64,000 nt of DNA from Octopus bimaculoides. Lineage: Eukaryota. Made by a program: the position numbers and the translations under genes. The notes under the pieces were generated by a model that saw only the letters and a program-made list of their open reading frames with translations, searched no databases and had not been told where the DNA came from. The DNA lies in NCBI RefSeq assembly GCF_001194135.2, contig NC_068985.1:118885975-118949974 (forward strand), written 5' to 3'. This document shows positions 50,135-62,768 of the stretch, piece after piece. Numbering within the stretch: the first letter of the stretch is position 1; each line of letters begins with the position of its first letter.

Positions 50135-50345
50135 TCTTTCTAGTATATGCACAAGGCTTGAAACGTTATGAGGAGGTGTAGGTAGGGGGCTAGTTGATTG
50201 CATCAATCCCAGTGCCTGAATGGTACTTTATTTTTATCAGCCCCATAAAGATGAAAGGCGAAGTTGACCTCAGCAACATTTAAACTCAGAATGTGCTAAG
50301 CATTTTCTCTGGTGTGTTAACAATTCTGTTAGCTCGCTACCTTCT
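50135..50345 (-). mobile_element. SINE family B copy
   Basis: Reverse complement of the B body. Confidence 0.7.
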
Positions 50346-50537
50346 TTTAATAATAATATGATCTAACTTAAGCTTGAGTGGCCACAGAAAGTTTCCCATG
50401 GTATAAAATAGCAAAATGTCATACTGTCATACAGAGTACTTGAACTAAATTTAATGATTCTTTTTTTGTTTCCTTTTTTTCATGAACAGCTTGATGTACT
50501 GGTGAACAGTCAATGGCATTAGAAAGCATAAAGATTA

Positions 50538-50712
50538 AAGTTGTAGTTGAGAAAAAGTTAGCTGACATGGAAGACTAGAAGCCATCTAAATATTGGAAAA
50601 GAGCTACCGATACCATGATGGTTTGCACTGGATATCAATATGCTAACATGTCTACTGCTCAGTTCTCTATGAACACTGTAAAGGCTGTGATGAAAACTCT
50701 GAAGCAGTGGCC
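50538..50712 (+). mobile_element. 5' / N-terminal fragment of the same DD37D transposon family as 1-766
   Basis: Aligns by eye with 1-150 (AAGTTGTAGTT..GAAAAAG.TA.CTGACATGGA.GA.TAGA ... TGAACACTGTAAAGGCTGT). Translates WKRATDTMMVCTGYQYANMSTAQFSMNTVKAVMKTL, an HTH-like N-terminus. Confidence 0.65.
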
Positions 50713-50734
50713 AGCAGGAAGGGAGACAGCAGGT

Positions 50735-50808
50735 GTGCCGGGTCTTCTCACGCACAGCACATTTCCAAAGGTCTCGGTCAGTAGTCATCGCCTCGGTGAG
50801 GCCCAATG
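50735..50808 (-). mobile_element. RTE-LINE ORF C-terminal fragment
   Basis: Translates LGLTEAMTTDRDLWKCAVREKTR, matching the DRxxWR terminal motif of RTE ORFs. Confidence 0.7.
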
Positions 50809-51021
50809 TATATATATATATATATATATATGCAATGGGATTCCATACACTTTCCATCTATCAATTCCACTCACAAGGCTTTGGTCAACACACGGCATGT
50901 GCCCAAGGTGTCATGCAATGGAACTGAACCAGGAAGCATGCGGTTGAGAAACAAACTTCTTACCATACAGTTATGAGTTATGCCTGCATCTATATACATC
51001 TACAAATCTTGTCTATTTTAA

Positions 51022-51450
51022 CCCTTTTGCATTTAATCCTGCTATATTCGGCCCAAATATTCTACTTGTTTTATGTTAAAACTGACCAGATCCAACCTGT
51101 CACACCTATCCTACAATATCATTCTAAAAATATACACCTACCCTACAATATTATTCTAGAAATATACAAACACACGTCATTGAAATTTTGAGGCTACAAA
51201 ATAATGTGTAATTAATTCAAAACAATACTCTTTACTCTTTACTCTTTTACTTGTTTCAGTCATTTGACTGTGGCCATGCTGGAGCACTGCCTTTAGTCGA
51301 GCAGATCGACCCCAGGACTTATTCTTTGGAAGCCTAGTACTTATTCTATCGGTCTCTTTTGCCAAATCGCTAAGTTACATGGACGTAAACACACCAGCAT
51401 CGGTTGTCAAGCGATGTGGGGGGGGGGGGCAAACACAGACACACAAACAA

Positions 51451-51493
<43 letters not shown>

Positions 51494-51712
51494 TATATGA
51501 CGGGCTTCTTTCAGTTTCCGTCTACCAAATCCACTCACAAGGCTTTGGTCGGCCCGAGTCTATATTAGAAGACACTTGCCCAAGGTGCCACGCAGTGGGA
51601 ATGAACCCTGAACCATGCAGTTGGTAAGCAAGCTACTTACCACACAGCCACTCCTGCGCCAATGTGAATAAATAAGCAATATATTTGACAAAGAAATCTG
51701 AATGCTAAAGGG
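51022..51712 (-). mobile_element. piggyBac-type MITE, same family, split by a SINE A insertion
   Basis: TTAA|CCCTTTTGCATT (51018-) ... AATGCTAAAGGG|TTAA (-51716). Confidence 0.85.
51227..51660 (-). mobile_element. SINE family A, full length and young, inserted in a piggyBac-type MITE
   Basis: Starts (rc) GGCGCAGGAGTGGCTGTGTGG and ends in an (AAAGAGTA)n tail; CpGs are retained. It splits the host sequence CAAAACAAT^GTGAATAAAT. Confidence 0.9.
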
Positions 51713-52164
51713 TTAACCCAGAAAACATTTTCAAAAGGGATTATATACAAATAAGATTCTGAGAAGGTCTAAGTGAAAGATTTGCACTACATTTGTAGTT
51801 CCTCTTCAAAATGTACTAATACATCTTAAATAGTATTTAGAAAATCCTTAACAAAACACTTAAGTATCTTTTCTGCACACGCAGTGAGGGAGGAGAATTA
51901 TAAGCTGCTTGCTATCATTACATATGTGAGGTAGAATGCTAAATAGGTCATGAAAAACACAATTACAACAAAGTTAAGAAGAACATACTGAACAAATTAA
52001 AATCAGATTAATGTCTTGTTTGATCAGCCATCACAGTCCCAGCCGCAGCATGAAAAATTCCCCTCTAAACACCTAGATACATTATATAACTCTCCTGGAC
52101 ACTAGTAAAACAACATCCTGACTATGCTATCTCTCTTACTTAGGCCAGACAAACATGGAACAAA

Positions 52165-52382
52165 ATAGGTGTGGTGGTGTGGTTGAAAAAAATGTTTTTG
52201 AAAAGCATGGTTTCAAGTTCAGTCCAACTGCATGGTACCTTGGGGAAGTGTCTTCTATGATAGCCCCATGCTGATCAAAGCCTTGTGAGTGGATCTGGAA
52301 GATGAAAACTGAAAGAAGCCTCTTGTGTGTGTGTGTGAGAGAGATAGAGAGAGAGAGAGAGAGTGTGTGTGTGTGTGTGTGT

Positions 52383-52463
<81 letters not shown>

Positions 52464-52772
52464 AGTGTGAGCATGAGTGCGAGTCTGAAAGTGTGAGTGC
52501 AAGTGTGTGAGTGTGTGCATGTTTGTTTCTCCTGGTCTTGACATTGCACAACAGTTGTTAAATGATTGTTACTGTGATACAAGTAGTGTCATTTATTTCC
52601 AATATTCTGCAAGGACATGTCTGGCCATAGGGAAGCATTACCTTGCTTGGAAACAGGTGAGGGTCGAAGATAGACAGGAAGGGTATCCAGCTGCAGAAAA
52701 CCTGCCTCAAAAAATTTCATCCAACCCAAGCAAGTATGGAACAGTGAATGTTAAAAATAATGATGATGATGG
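52165..52772 (+). mobile_element. SINE family A' copy with a long (GA)(GT) tract
   Basis: Head at 52165-52325; tail CAGGAAGGGTATCCAGCTGCAGAAAA...TGTTAAAAATAATGATGATG. Confidence 0.7.
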
Positions 52773-53571
52773 ACAGAAATAGGGACAACACCAATAATTT
52801 TATTAGCTCCAAATGCAATGCTGTAATGTACACCATCAATGCTAAGTGCAGAGAAATAACTATGAGATTGTGCATTGATTGAGTACAACAACAACAACAG
52901 CAGCAGCAGCAGCAGCAGCAACAACAACAAATTTATGGAAATATGTTTCCAGGCTGTCACACTGAACTCCAAACACAATTCATCATTGCATGTCAGAGCA
53001 TGCAATATGGATCTCTGCTTGATGTAGGTCATGCCAAGTTGAGCTGTAGATCTGTTGCATCAGGACTGCCAAAGATGCACTGGTTCAGGGCTGACTTGGG
53101 GCTGCACAACCACAACTGTAAAATCTTTTCAGCTTCATATGAGACTTTAGTACAAGGTCATTAGTAAATTCTGACAGAACTATAGTTTTATATGTAGTCC
53201 AGCTTCAACACATTATTCATTACTTCTCACGAGAAGATTTGAGATCAAAATATAAGATATGAATATGGAGTTATGAATATCACAACTTCTCTTTTACCTT
53301 CTATAAATGTAATTTATTTCCAGATCTAAGAAATCACAATAATTGCTTAGATTGACACAATGGTGATATTTGAAGAGGAACAGTATAGTTCTGAAGGACT
53401 CTTTTATTTTGGAAGAACCACACTGAAGTTAAGAGGCAACATTTCAAATAAATTTTCATACTGCTAAATCTATTATTTTATAAAATATAATTATTCATAA
53501 AAACTCTAACAAAATGTAAAAAAAGGTGAGGCTTTGGAAATCTGTTTTAAACACAATTGAAATTGCTTTAA

Positions 53572-53731
53572 CCCCTTTAGCATTTAAACCAGCTATATTA
53601 TGCCAAAATATTCTAGATGTTTTATATTCAAACTGGTCAGATCTCGAATGCTACAAGATAATGCGTGATTAATTCAAACCAAAGTGAATAAATAAACATT
53701 ATATTTGACAGAGTAATCTGAATGTTAAGAG
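53572..53731 (-). mobile_element. piggyBac-type MITE, internally deleted
   Basis: TTAA-CCCCTTTAGCATTTAAACC ... GACAGAGTAATCTGAATG. Confidence 0.7.
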
Positions 53732-54074
53732 TAGATGCAGAAATATACGTAGGCGTTTCTAAAATTCACAGTTAATTGAAAAGGTAGGTTTTAAATAAAA
53801 TTTAATCAGCAAAAATATATCCCAGTATAATGATTTTTCCTTTATGTGTTGCAATTCTTTCAGAAGGCTGCAACTTAGACATTGAGAAGACTATAGATTC
53901 CTCATCTCAGGTATAAATGATTAAGTCTTCGCATTATATCTGGTGCTTATTTTATTGGCTCCTGTAAGGATGAAAGGTAAAAATCAGTCTAAGCAGAATG
54001 TAAATATAACAAAGTATTTAGTTCATCAAGAACTACTTATTTCTATCATTCTACCATGCAGCTTAGCTGACACT

Positions 54075-54390
54075 CCATTGGTTATGACGAGGGTTCCTGT
54101 TGATCCAATCAACAGAACAGCTTGCTTGTGAAATTAATGTGCAAGTGGCTGAGCACTCCACAGACATGTGTGCCCTTAATGTAGCTGTCAGGGAGATTCA
54201 GTGTGACACAGAATGTGACAAAGCTGGCCTTTTGAAATACAGGCACTACGCATTTTTGCCAGCTGGGTGAACTGGGCCAATGTGAAATAAAGTGTCTTGC
54301 TCAAGGACACAATGTATCATCAGGAATTGAACTCATGATCTTACAATCATGAGCTGAATACCCTAACCACTAAACCAGGCGCTTTCACCC
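54075..54390 (-). mobile_element. SINE family E copy
   Basis: Reverse complement of the full E head and body. Confidence 0.8.
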
Positions 54391-55394
54391 ATCTTAGCAA
54401 GAATCATGATAAAAGAATGAGGTTTCTATGATATTCAAGCAGTTATAGTCCTCATCAAAAAGTGTTCAATAGAATTGGCTCAAAATATGTATTCTAAAGT
54501 GAAAATAAACCAATACAAAGCAGTATTTTCCAGTGGTCTCATAAAAATATTACAAATACTCCCTTGGGCACCTAAAAGACAACAGATCACGTGTTTACTA
54601 TGCAAGGATCACACTTTCACTTCAAAACATTGTATGCTAAGCAAACCAAGCTTTTTCTGTATTTCAAGATGATTCGCAATGTTGATTTAAGTTCACATTT
54701 GATAAATTCTTTGAAGAGATCCTTGGGGAATACTGGATAATATTATTAGTCTTAGAATATTTATTTTCACTGTGGAATATGTATGGACCATAGCACTTTG
54801 GCATTTTTGATTGCAACCATAATTGAATAGATAATGAGCCGAGTAGCTAGGCTTCCATGCTAATCAGATACTTTATCTAATGTGTAGCACATGCAAAATG
54901 AAGAAAAGGACAAATTATTAAACTAACAGCTCCAAACCATATATCTTGAGTTCAATTCCATTTCAAGCATTGTATTCTGTATTTAGATGGTAGACTTAAT
55001 TCCATGTGTCTCTGTTCACGTTATTGTTGTTATTGAATCTCAACTATGATTGAGAAAAAACATGATCCGAGGCATTTCAGCCATGACCATTGCATTTTTT
55101 CAGATATAATGTATTAGGACCACATTGCCCAACATGTTCTTACCTTTTTTAAAACAATGGGGTGTGGTCTGATTGCCATTTCTAGGAAGCCAAGCTACTC
55201 TACTGTATAGAATCTCTCCTGTTTGCATAACCACTCCATCTCTTCCACACATAGTATCCTAGCTCCACATATTTCAATATGCCCTATTTTCTGTGAAGTA
55301 TGATTTGAGAGAATTTGCCTAACAGATTAAGCAAGCAACCACCTAAAGGGTCTTTAGTTGGCTCACTTCATATCAATATTGGTTNNNNNNNNNN

Positions 55395-55555
55395 CCCCCC
55401 CCAGTGCTCAACTGGTACTTAATTTTATCAACTCCATAAGGATGAAAGGCAAAGTTGACTTCAGTGGAATTTGAACTCAGAACGCAAAGATGGATGAAAT
55501 GCTGCTAAGCATTTTGCCTAGTGTGCTAATGATTCTTCCAGCTTGCTGCCTTGCA
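55395..55555 (-). mobile_element. SINE family B copy
   Basis: GGATGAAAGGCAAAGTTGACTTCAGTGGAATTTGAACTCAGAACG. Confidence 0.75.
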
Positions 55556-56267
55556 ACTTCATATCAATATTATTAGAAACAAGGTATCCGAGTGAGAAGG
55601 TGGTAGGTAGAAATATCTCTTCATCTCTGTTTGGTTCAATACCATGAAATCACTGTAGGCAAGGAATTGGCATAATCATAAAAGTATCAGATAGAATTCC
55701 TTGCAATGTTAGTTTCAGTTCTCTACACTCTGAGTTCAAATGTCACCAAGACCAACCTTGTTTTTTTTTTATTCTTTCAAGGTTGATAAATAAAGTGCCA
55801 GCCCACAATAAACGTTAGATGGGATACCTCATAATATTTTTGTATTCTGATAGTGATGCTTTGTACAACAGTAATACGAAATTGTATCAATCATTGCCTT
55901 TCCTATAGGCAACATTGATGCATTGGGGAGGGGAGATTTGCATGCATAAGAACTGCTGGTCAACCATAAAAAATCAAAAACCTTGCCCAAGTATGCATTT
56001 CAAAGAGAAACTTTCCTAGTGCAATTCTATTGCTTCATGAAATATAAAGAGATGCTTAAAGTGTTAAGTGAAAGCTGGTTCCTAATGATCTCTTGTGAGG
56101 AATGGGACTATCAGAAAGTAGTCATATATTTTGCAACACTGGCAAAACTGTAGCAGTAACATCAACAACAGTAACAATAACAAAATATAACCATAATAAA
56201 TGAGACATGTCCAGCTTCAATCAAATGCTGGAGGTTAATTTCACTGCATCATTTTTTTATTTTTCAT

Positions 56268-56640
56268 CTTTTACTTGTTTCAATGATTATACTATGGCCA
56301 TGCTGGGGCACTGTCTTGAACTTTTGGTCAAATGAATTGACCCCAGTACTTATTTTTAAAACCTGGTACTTATTCAATTAGTCACTTTTACTGAACCACT
56401 AAGTTATGGGCACATAAACATAGCAACATTGGTTGTCAAGCAGTGGTGAGAGACATACACATGCATGTGCGCACTCACACACACACACTATGAGCTTCTT
56501 TCAGTTTCCATCTACCAAATCCACTCACAAGGCTTTGGTTGGCCCAAAGCTATAGTAGAAAACTCTTGTCAATGGTCCATGCAGTGGGACTGAAACCAAA
56601 ACCATGTGGTTGGGAAGCAAGCTTCTTATCACACAGCTAC
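56268..56640 (-). mobile_element. SINE family A
   Basis: Reverse complement of head and 3' body. Confidence 0.8.
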
Positions 56641-56987
56641 AAATCATTTAAAAGTTTCATGCCTGTAAATCAATGTGGCTGATGTTAGAGATGAGAATGT
56701 ACAGTGTCATTTTGTATGTACTGAAGTGTCTATGTGTGGGTGTTGTGTGAATGAGTAAGACAAGAATTGGCAAAATTGTTAGAATGTTGGATAAGATACT
56801 TCATGATATTTGTTCTAATTCTGCATCTGGAGTTCAAATCCTGCTGAAATCAACATTATTTTCCATCCTTTCAGTGTTGATAAAAAAGTACCTATCCAGA
56901 TGGATAGAACTGTTAGAGGGTTGGAGAAAAAGCCTTGTGGCTATTTGTCCAGGTTCTTTACATTTTGACACCAACATCTTGGGTCAC

Positions 56988-57174
56988 TGTTGTGTCGACG
57001 CCCCCAGGCGAAGAAGTAGGATCTCCCAAGACATATAAATAGAGGTAGTCTGGCCGTGGTAGGAGTGTTGAGTAGCAGTCGAGTAGCAGTTGAGTAGCAG
57101 TCGAGTAGCAGTTGTGTAGTGGTTGAGTAGAGATCATCCGAAGGTGCTAGATTGCAGTAGCTTGAGACATAACA
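56988..57174 (+). mobile_element. Short (187 bp) solo LTR
   Basis: TG...CA ends with the inverted repeat TGTT(G/A)TGTC. A 5-bp TSD GTCAC lies at 56983-56987 and 57175-57179, with TATAAAT at 57034-57040 and four GAGTAGCAGT(C/T) repeats. Confidence 0.75.
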
Positions 57175-57879
57175 GTCACACAGGTTTCAAGCTGTATAAA
57201 TTTCAGTAACATGGAGAAGGGAGTGTTTTATGCATGTGAATTAGCTAGTCTTCCTCAAGAAAAAATCATGTGCAGATACATTATCAACCTTTACTAATGG
57301 AGATCCTGTAAACTGGTTTTTAGAGCTACTTGTTGAAACTGACCAAATGCAGGTTGGATGGGCAGCTTCTGTGGTCAGGTATTGGGTATTGGCACTCGGG
57401 TGGAATTTTGAACTTGGAATATAATGAGTCAGAACAGGTATTGCCAGGTGTCTCATTAAATCCACCAACCAGCCACCCTGTAATGGTCAATAATTTATTT
57501 ACTGACAATATAAGGATGAAAGACAAAGGGAATCTCAGCAACATTTGAACTTGGAGCACAGAGTGGGAAATACCACAAAGTACCTTATGCGACGCTTTAA
57601 CAACTCTGTGAATTTGCAGTATAGTAGTAGTAGTGTTGGTGGTGGTGGTGTAAGTAGTAGTAGTAGTAGTATAGTCAACTTCAAGTTGAAATTAAACCTA
57701 TATCATCTAAGCTAAAAGTCTATTTCTGTTTTTTTTAACAAAATACTATTATCAGTTTATGCATTATGTAAATCAATGTAGTTATGCACAGACAGAAGTA
57801 TACAACTCAGTGTCCTAACAATCCATTCCATTATTCATTTTAATCATATAATGTCAACAAAGTTGTAATTATATCAATA

Positions 57880-58800
57880 TCATCACTAGGGTGTCAGTAT
57901 CAATGCTGGAAAATTGATAGCAACACTGGAAAGTCGACATTGATATTGAAAGGTACACAGAGAACAGAGTCACGGCAACCCTGTATTACCAATGTCATCA
58001 GTTTTGACATTGCATTACTCATGTCAACTTTGACATCGTGTTGCTGATTTCAGTGTTAATACTGTGTTGCAAATGTCAATGTTGACACTACATTACTAAT
58101 ATCAGCATTGACACCATGTTGCTAACGCTAATATCAACACTGAGTAGCTGATATTAGTGTCAACACTGCTTGCTATATTAGTGTTGACATTGGGTTGCTG
58201 ATGTCATCAATGTCAACATAACTTTCCATTAATATTGACAGTATTACTGCTACAAATGGCAACGTTACATTAATGTCAGTATTGATACAGTGTGACTGAC
58301 AAGGTTACAATGATTGATATCAGTGGTGAAACTGTGTGGCTGTTGTCAATGTTAACACTTTGACCGATGTCAATGCTGACATTTTATGGCTGATATTGGT
58401 GTTGACACTGTGTAACTGATGTCAGTCTCAACACTGTGTGGCTGATGTCAATGATGACATTTAATGACTGAAATCAGTGTTGTTACTATGCGACTGATAT
58501 CAGAGTTGACACTGTATCACTGAATTTATTATTGGCACGATGTGACTGATGTTGGTGTTGATACTTTGTGGTTGATATCAGTGTTAGCATTCAATGAATG
58601 ATATCAGTTTCGAGACTGTGTCAATAAACATTGTGTTGTGACTACAATGTTTAATCTGTATTGCTGGAGTCTGTGGTGACATTACATTGCTAATGTCATC
58701 AATGCAGAGACTTTGTCAGTGATGTTAGTGTTGAGACTGCATTGCTGTTATCATTCTTAATAATGTTACATTGCTAGTGATGTCAGCCACAATACCTCTG
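57880..58800. repeat. Decayed minisatellite of about 26-bp units (TGATATCAGTGTTGACACTGTGTGAC)
   Basis: Periodicity is clearest at 58390-58620; units contain CAGTGT/ACACTG. Confidence 0.75.
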
Positions 58801-58884
58801 ATGATGTCAATGAAACATCCTCCTTGAAGTTGCTTGACTTGATTCACTAGAAATAAGTACTGAATGTCTCTCAATCTACACCTA

Positions 58885-59220
58885 CATCATCATCATCATC
58901 ATCATCGTTTAACGTCCGCTTTTCATGCTAGCATGGGTTGGACGATTTGACTGAGGACTGGTGAAACCGGATGGCAACACCAGGCTCCAATCTGATTTGG
59001 CAGAGTTTCTACAGTTGGATGCCCTTCCTAACGCCAACCACTCAGAGAGTGTAGTGGATGCTTTTACGTGTCACCCGCACAAAGGCCAGTCAGGCGGTAC
59101 TGGCAACGGCCACGCTCAAAATGGTGTATTTTATGTGCCACCCGCACAAGAGCCAGTCCAGGGGCACTGGCAACGATCTCGCTCGAAAATCCTTGAAGGC
59201 CAGTCAGGCGGTACTGGCTA
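58885..59220 (-). mobile_element. Family C copy, young subfamily, interrupting a minisatellite region
   Basis: About 4 differences in about 185 bp versus 63795-63985. Confidence 0.85.
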
Positions 59221-59379
59221 CAATCTTTAAAAAAACAGAAATAACACCTTGGATACTGTAGTCTAAGATGAGCTATATCTGAAGAGATGAGAATGCCTAT
59301 GATGATATCTCTGCTTGATGAGGGCTGATCAGGGATTAAACAACAAGACTTGTTATGTCAACAAGTTATCATTGCATTA

Positions 59380-59900
59380 ACAATGATGTCAGCCACAACA
59401 TCACATTACTAGTGATGCCAGCCACAGCATTACATTGCCAGTGATGTCAACCACAACATCACATTACCAGTAATATCAACCCCATCACATTGCCAGTGAT
59501 GTCTAGCACAACATCAAATTATCGGTGATGTCTACCACAATGTCACATTACCAGTGATGATAGCCACAACATCACATTACCAGTGATGTCAACTACAGCA
59601 TCACATTAACTGTGATGTCAACCACAACACAACATACATTATTGATATCAACAGCAGAGTACTTATATCAAAATGCAGCAACTGTTGTGTAGCTATCAAC
59701 TGCAGCAGTGCATTGCTGATATCAACAACTACAGTTCAGTTTAGCAATATCAATATCAAAACTGTGCTGCTGATATCAACATCAATATTACTGACATGAA
59801 CATCAACAAAGCACTGCGGATATGAACCTTAGCACTGCAGTGAAGATGTGAACATTTATATTGACAGCAACAGCAAAACAGCGTTACCAATCTCAACACC
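59380..59900. repeat. 29-bp minisatellite (AACCACAACATCACATTACCAGTGATGTC), about 8 copies to about 59630, then a decayed continuation
   Basis: Directly visible; each unit contains ACATCAC..GTGATGT. Confidence 0.8.
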
Positions 59901-60629
59901 AGCACAATATAGCAAAACACTGCCCTGGAAATAGCAGGATAGCTGACAAGATAATCAAAATACTGGATAAAATTAAGCAATTCTTTTCATTCTTTTTCTC
60001 TCTCTCTTTCTCTTTCTCCATCTCTCCATCTCTTTGCAGAGATGTTTAATAGTTCATCTATTCTCTTTTAGACTTTATCATTATCTTGACTTCATCATTG
60101 TGTCATCCAAGTCCATCAGATAACATTTTCTAGATCCATATCCATTCAATTAATTCATTAAAGCTCCAAGCTTTGACAGATTTGCTGAGAATTTTTTAAT
60201 AAAAACCCTAATGGTGGTCTTTAGCTTTGGCATCTGAAATATTGTCTCTTCTACAACACAATGTTTGTTCACTTTTTAATGCTTGAGCACACTAACTTCA
60301 ACACTCAACCTATCAAATTCCTAATAATATTCCAGTGAGGCAGAATAGGCCAAATCAGGCAGACAGCCTGATGAAATATATTAAAAAACATAATACATCT
60401 AATACATAGAGATACTACAAACAACAACATTAACTGTTCCACTAAGCTATAAACTATAACTACTACACCTTAATACTCTTCTAAATACTATTGTAGGGAT
60501 CAAAGGATAGCTTTGTACAAAACTCTGTGTGTGTGTATGTGCATGAAGATGTGCATGCATACATGTGTGCATGTGTGCACACATGTGTATGTATATATAT
60601 ATATATGTATATATGTGTGTGTGTGTGTG

Positions 60630-60721
60630 TGTTCCTTTCTGTTGAAGAGCATAGGCTCGAAACGCAAAAGACTTTCTCACCTTCCCGAGCATTAAACTAA
60701 TACACCTGTTTGCTAATTATA

Positions 60722-60730
<9 letters not shown>
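60630..60730 (+). mobile_element. Family D copy with a hammerhead-like motif
   Basis: CTTT-CTGTTGA-A-GAGC-ATAG-GCTC-GAAAC-GCA-AAAG-ACTTTCTCACCTTCCCGAGCATTAAACTAATAC. Confidence 0.65.
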
Positions 60731-60769
<39 letters not shown>

Positions 60770-60771
<2 letters not shown>

Positions 60772-61005
60772 TGCGTGTGTGTGTGTGTGTGTTTGTTTCC
60801 TGGGCTTGGAGTTGTGTAATTGTTGTAAATGAATGCCATTTATTTACAGTAATTTGCAAAAATATGTCTGGCCATAGAGAAATATTACCTTGCTTGAAAA
60901 TAGGCAAGGGTTAGAGACTTGAAGAGCATCCAACCTTAGAAAATCTGCCTCAATAAACTGCATCTGACTCATGCAAGCATGGTCATTAAAATGATGATGA
61001 TGGTG
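60770..61005 (+). mobile_element. SINE family A' 3' part
   Basis: GTCTGGCCATAGAGAAATATTACCTTGCTTG...GAAGAGCATCCAACC...TTAAAATGATGATGATG. Confidence 0.65.
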
Positions 61006-61344
61006 ATGTGGTGATGGTGGTAGTGGTGGTGGTGGTGATGGTGACGCCGACAATAAAAGGAGACAAACGTATTGCAGAAACATTTACTCTACACCCTACA
61101 CTCCACACATCAAGTAGCATAATCATGTGGTAAATAATCTAATTCTCTTCTGACCAAATCAAATCATCACAATTTATTCAGAGATCTCTAAACCAAACAA
61201 AACAAAAACACAATTACAAACTTTAAGGAAATAAAAATTTGTTGGAATCAAGTAATTACATACACCAAGAGACAATATTAAAGTTTGCAGAGCTCAACAC
61301 AACACCACAGTCTCCACAGTTTTGAACTGGACAAAATTACAATT

Positions 61345-61650
61345 CATCATCATCATTATCATTGTTTAACACCTACTTTCCATGCTAGCATGGATGGGAT
61401 GGTTTGACAGGAGCTGGACAGGCAGAAGATTGCAGCAGGCTTCTGTGTCTGTTTTGGCATGGTTTTATGGTTGGATGCCCTTCCTAACACCAACCACTCA
61501 GCAGAGTGGACTGAGTGCTTTTTACATGGCACCAGCACAGGTGAGGTCAGTTTTGGCATGATTTTTATGGCTGGATGCCCTTCTAAACACCAACTACTTT
61601 ACAATGTAGACTGAATGCTTTCTGTGTGGCACCAAACACTGGCAGGATCA
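61345..61650 (-). mobile_element. Family C copy with an internal duplication
   Basis: GGATGCCCTTC(C)TAA(A)CACCAAC occurs twice. Confidence 0.7.
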
Positions 61651-62728
61651 CCAAGTAACTTGCAATAGGGAAAGAAAATAAGTGGTGTGGTGTAGAGTTC
61701 AAGTGCCATGGTGCAAAATGGAACAGACAGGAAGGAGACTGAATGGAAAAGAATAAAACACTTATGAAGCTAGTTACTGAATAAAGGGCTTCATTTCCTC
61801 TGGGTCATATGCCATGCAAAAGACCAGCTGATGTAGCAGGCAGAATCACGCACTGGGGCACTTATAATTATAAAACTTAACAAAATCAATATCACACAAA
61901 CCCATCACCATCCTAGGCATGTTTTCAACAACAAACTAAAAGAAACAAAGTTGAGTGTTTTGCATTAAACTATAAAAAACAAAGTAGGGTGTTTTTCACC
62001 ATTACAGATTTGTTCTTGCTCTCATTTCATTGGCTGTCAAATTTGATGGGAACCAACTTCAGTTGTGCATCCTTTGATGACTGTACTTCTTAAAAAAGTA
62101 GCAGTAACTGAGGATGAAACAGCTCAGCCTCCAGATAATTGTAACAGCTGGCACCTATGCTACACTTATACAGTAGCCCCATGAGCAAGGAGACGATGGA
62201 AGTGGTGTATTTCATTGTCGTGGATTCATGTGATATCTCATTACAATGACAACAACCACCCAAAATCTAAAATGAAATGGTCAATGTTGTTGGAGAAGAC
62301 ATGTATGTAATGGAGTTTTATTGTGGTATGGTAGGGTGTGTGGAATTTTTCGGTTTCATTATTTTAGCCATGAAGGAGATAGATCCAGAGGTTAAGGGTG
62401 ACCAAACACAACTGGTACCCCCTCTCAGTCTCAGGAAGATAGTGGAAATGCAGTCAATCAGGGACTGTTTTAAAGCTAACCACCACAGCTTGTTTTTCTC
62501 ACAGGGTGTACTCTCCCAACTGTTGTCTTCTTGGGCTCATCCACAAAGAACCAAGGAAGGGCAGGTATATCTCCACCACAGTAAAGAAGCCCTAATTACT
62601 TCTCTCCAAGACAGACATTTTGACCTTTTGGCAGGTATTATTTTCATCCTCCTGGCTTTCTCACAACCATACTCACTAGGTGAGTCCACTGGGAGTACCA
62701 TTCTAGTCATTGATGACCAAATTTTTTG

Positions 62729-62768
<40 letters not shown>

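Noticed and set aside
58950-58975. CTGAGGA-CTGGT-GAAAC in young family C copies as a hammerhead
   Set aside because: No stem II can form in 5 nt and there is no NUH or stem I.
59380-59630. CRISPR-like array of palindromic 29-bp repeats
   Set aside because: Units are directly adjacent with no unique spacers, and the context is eukaryotic with no cas genes.
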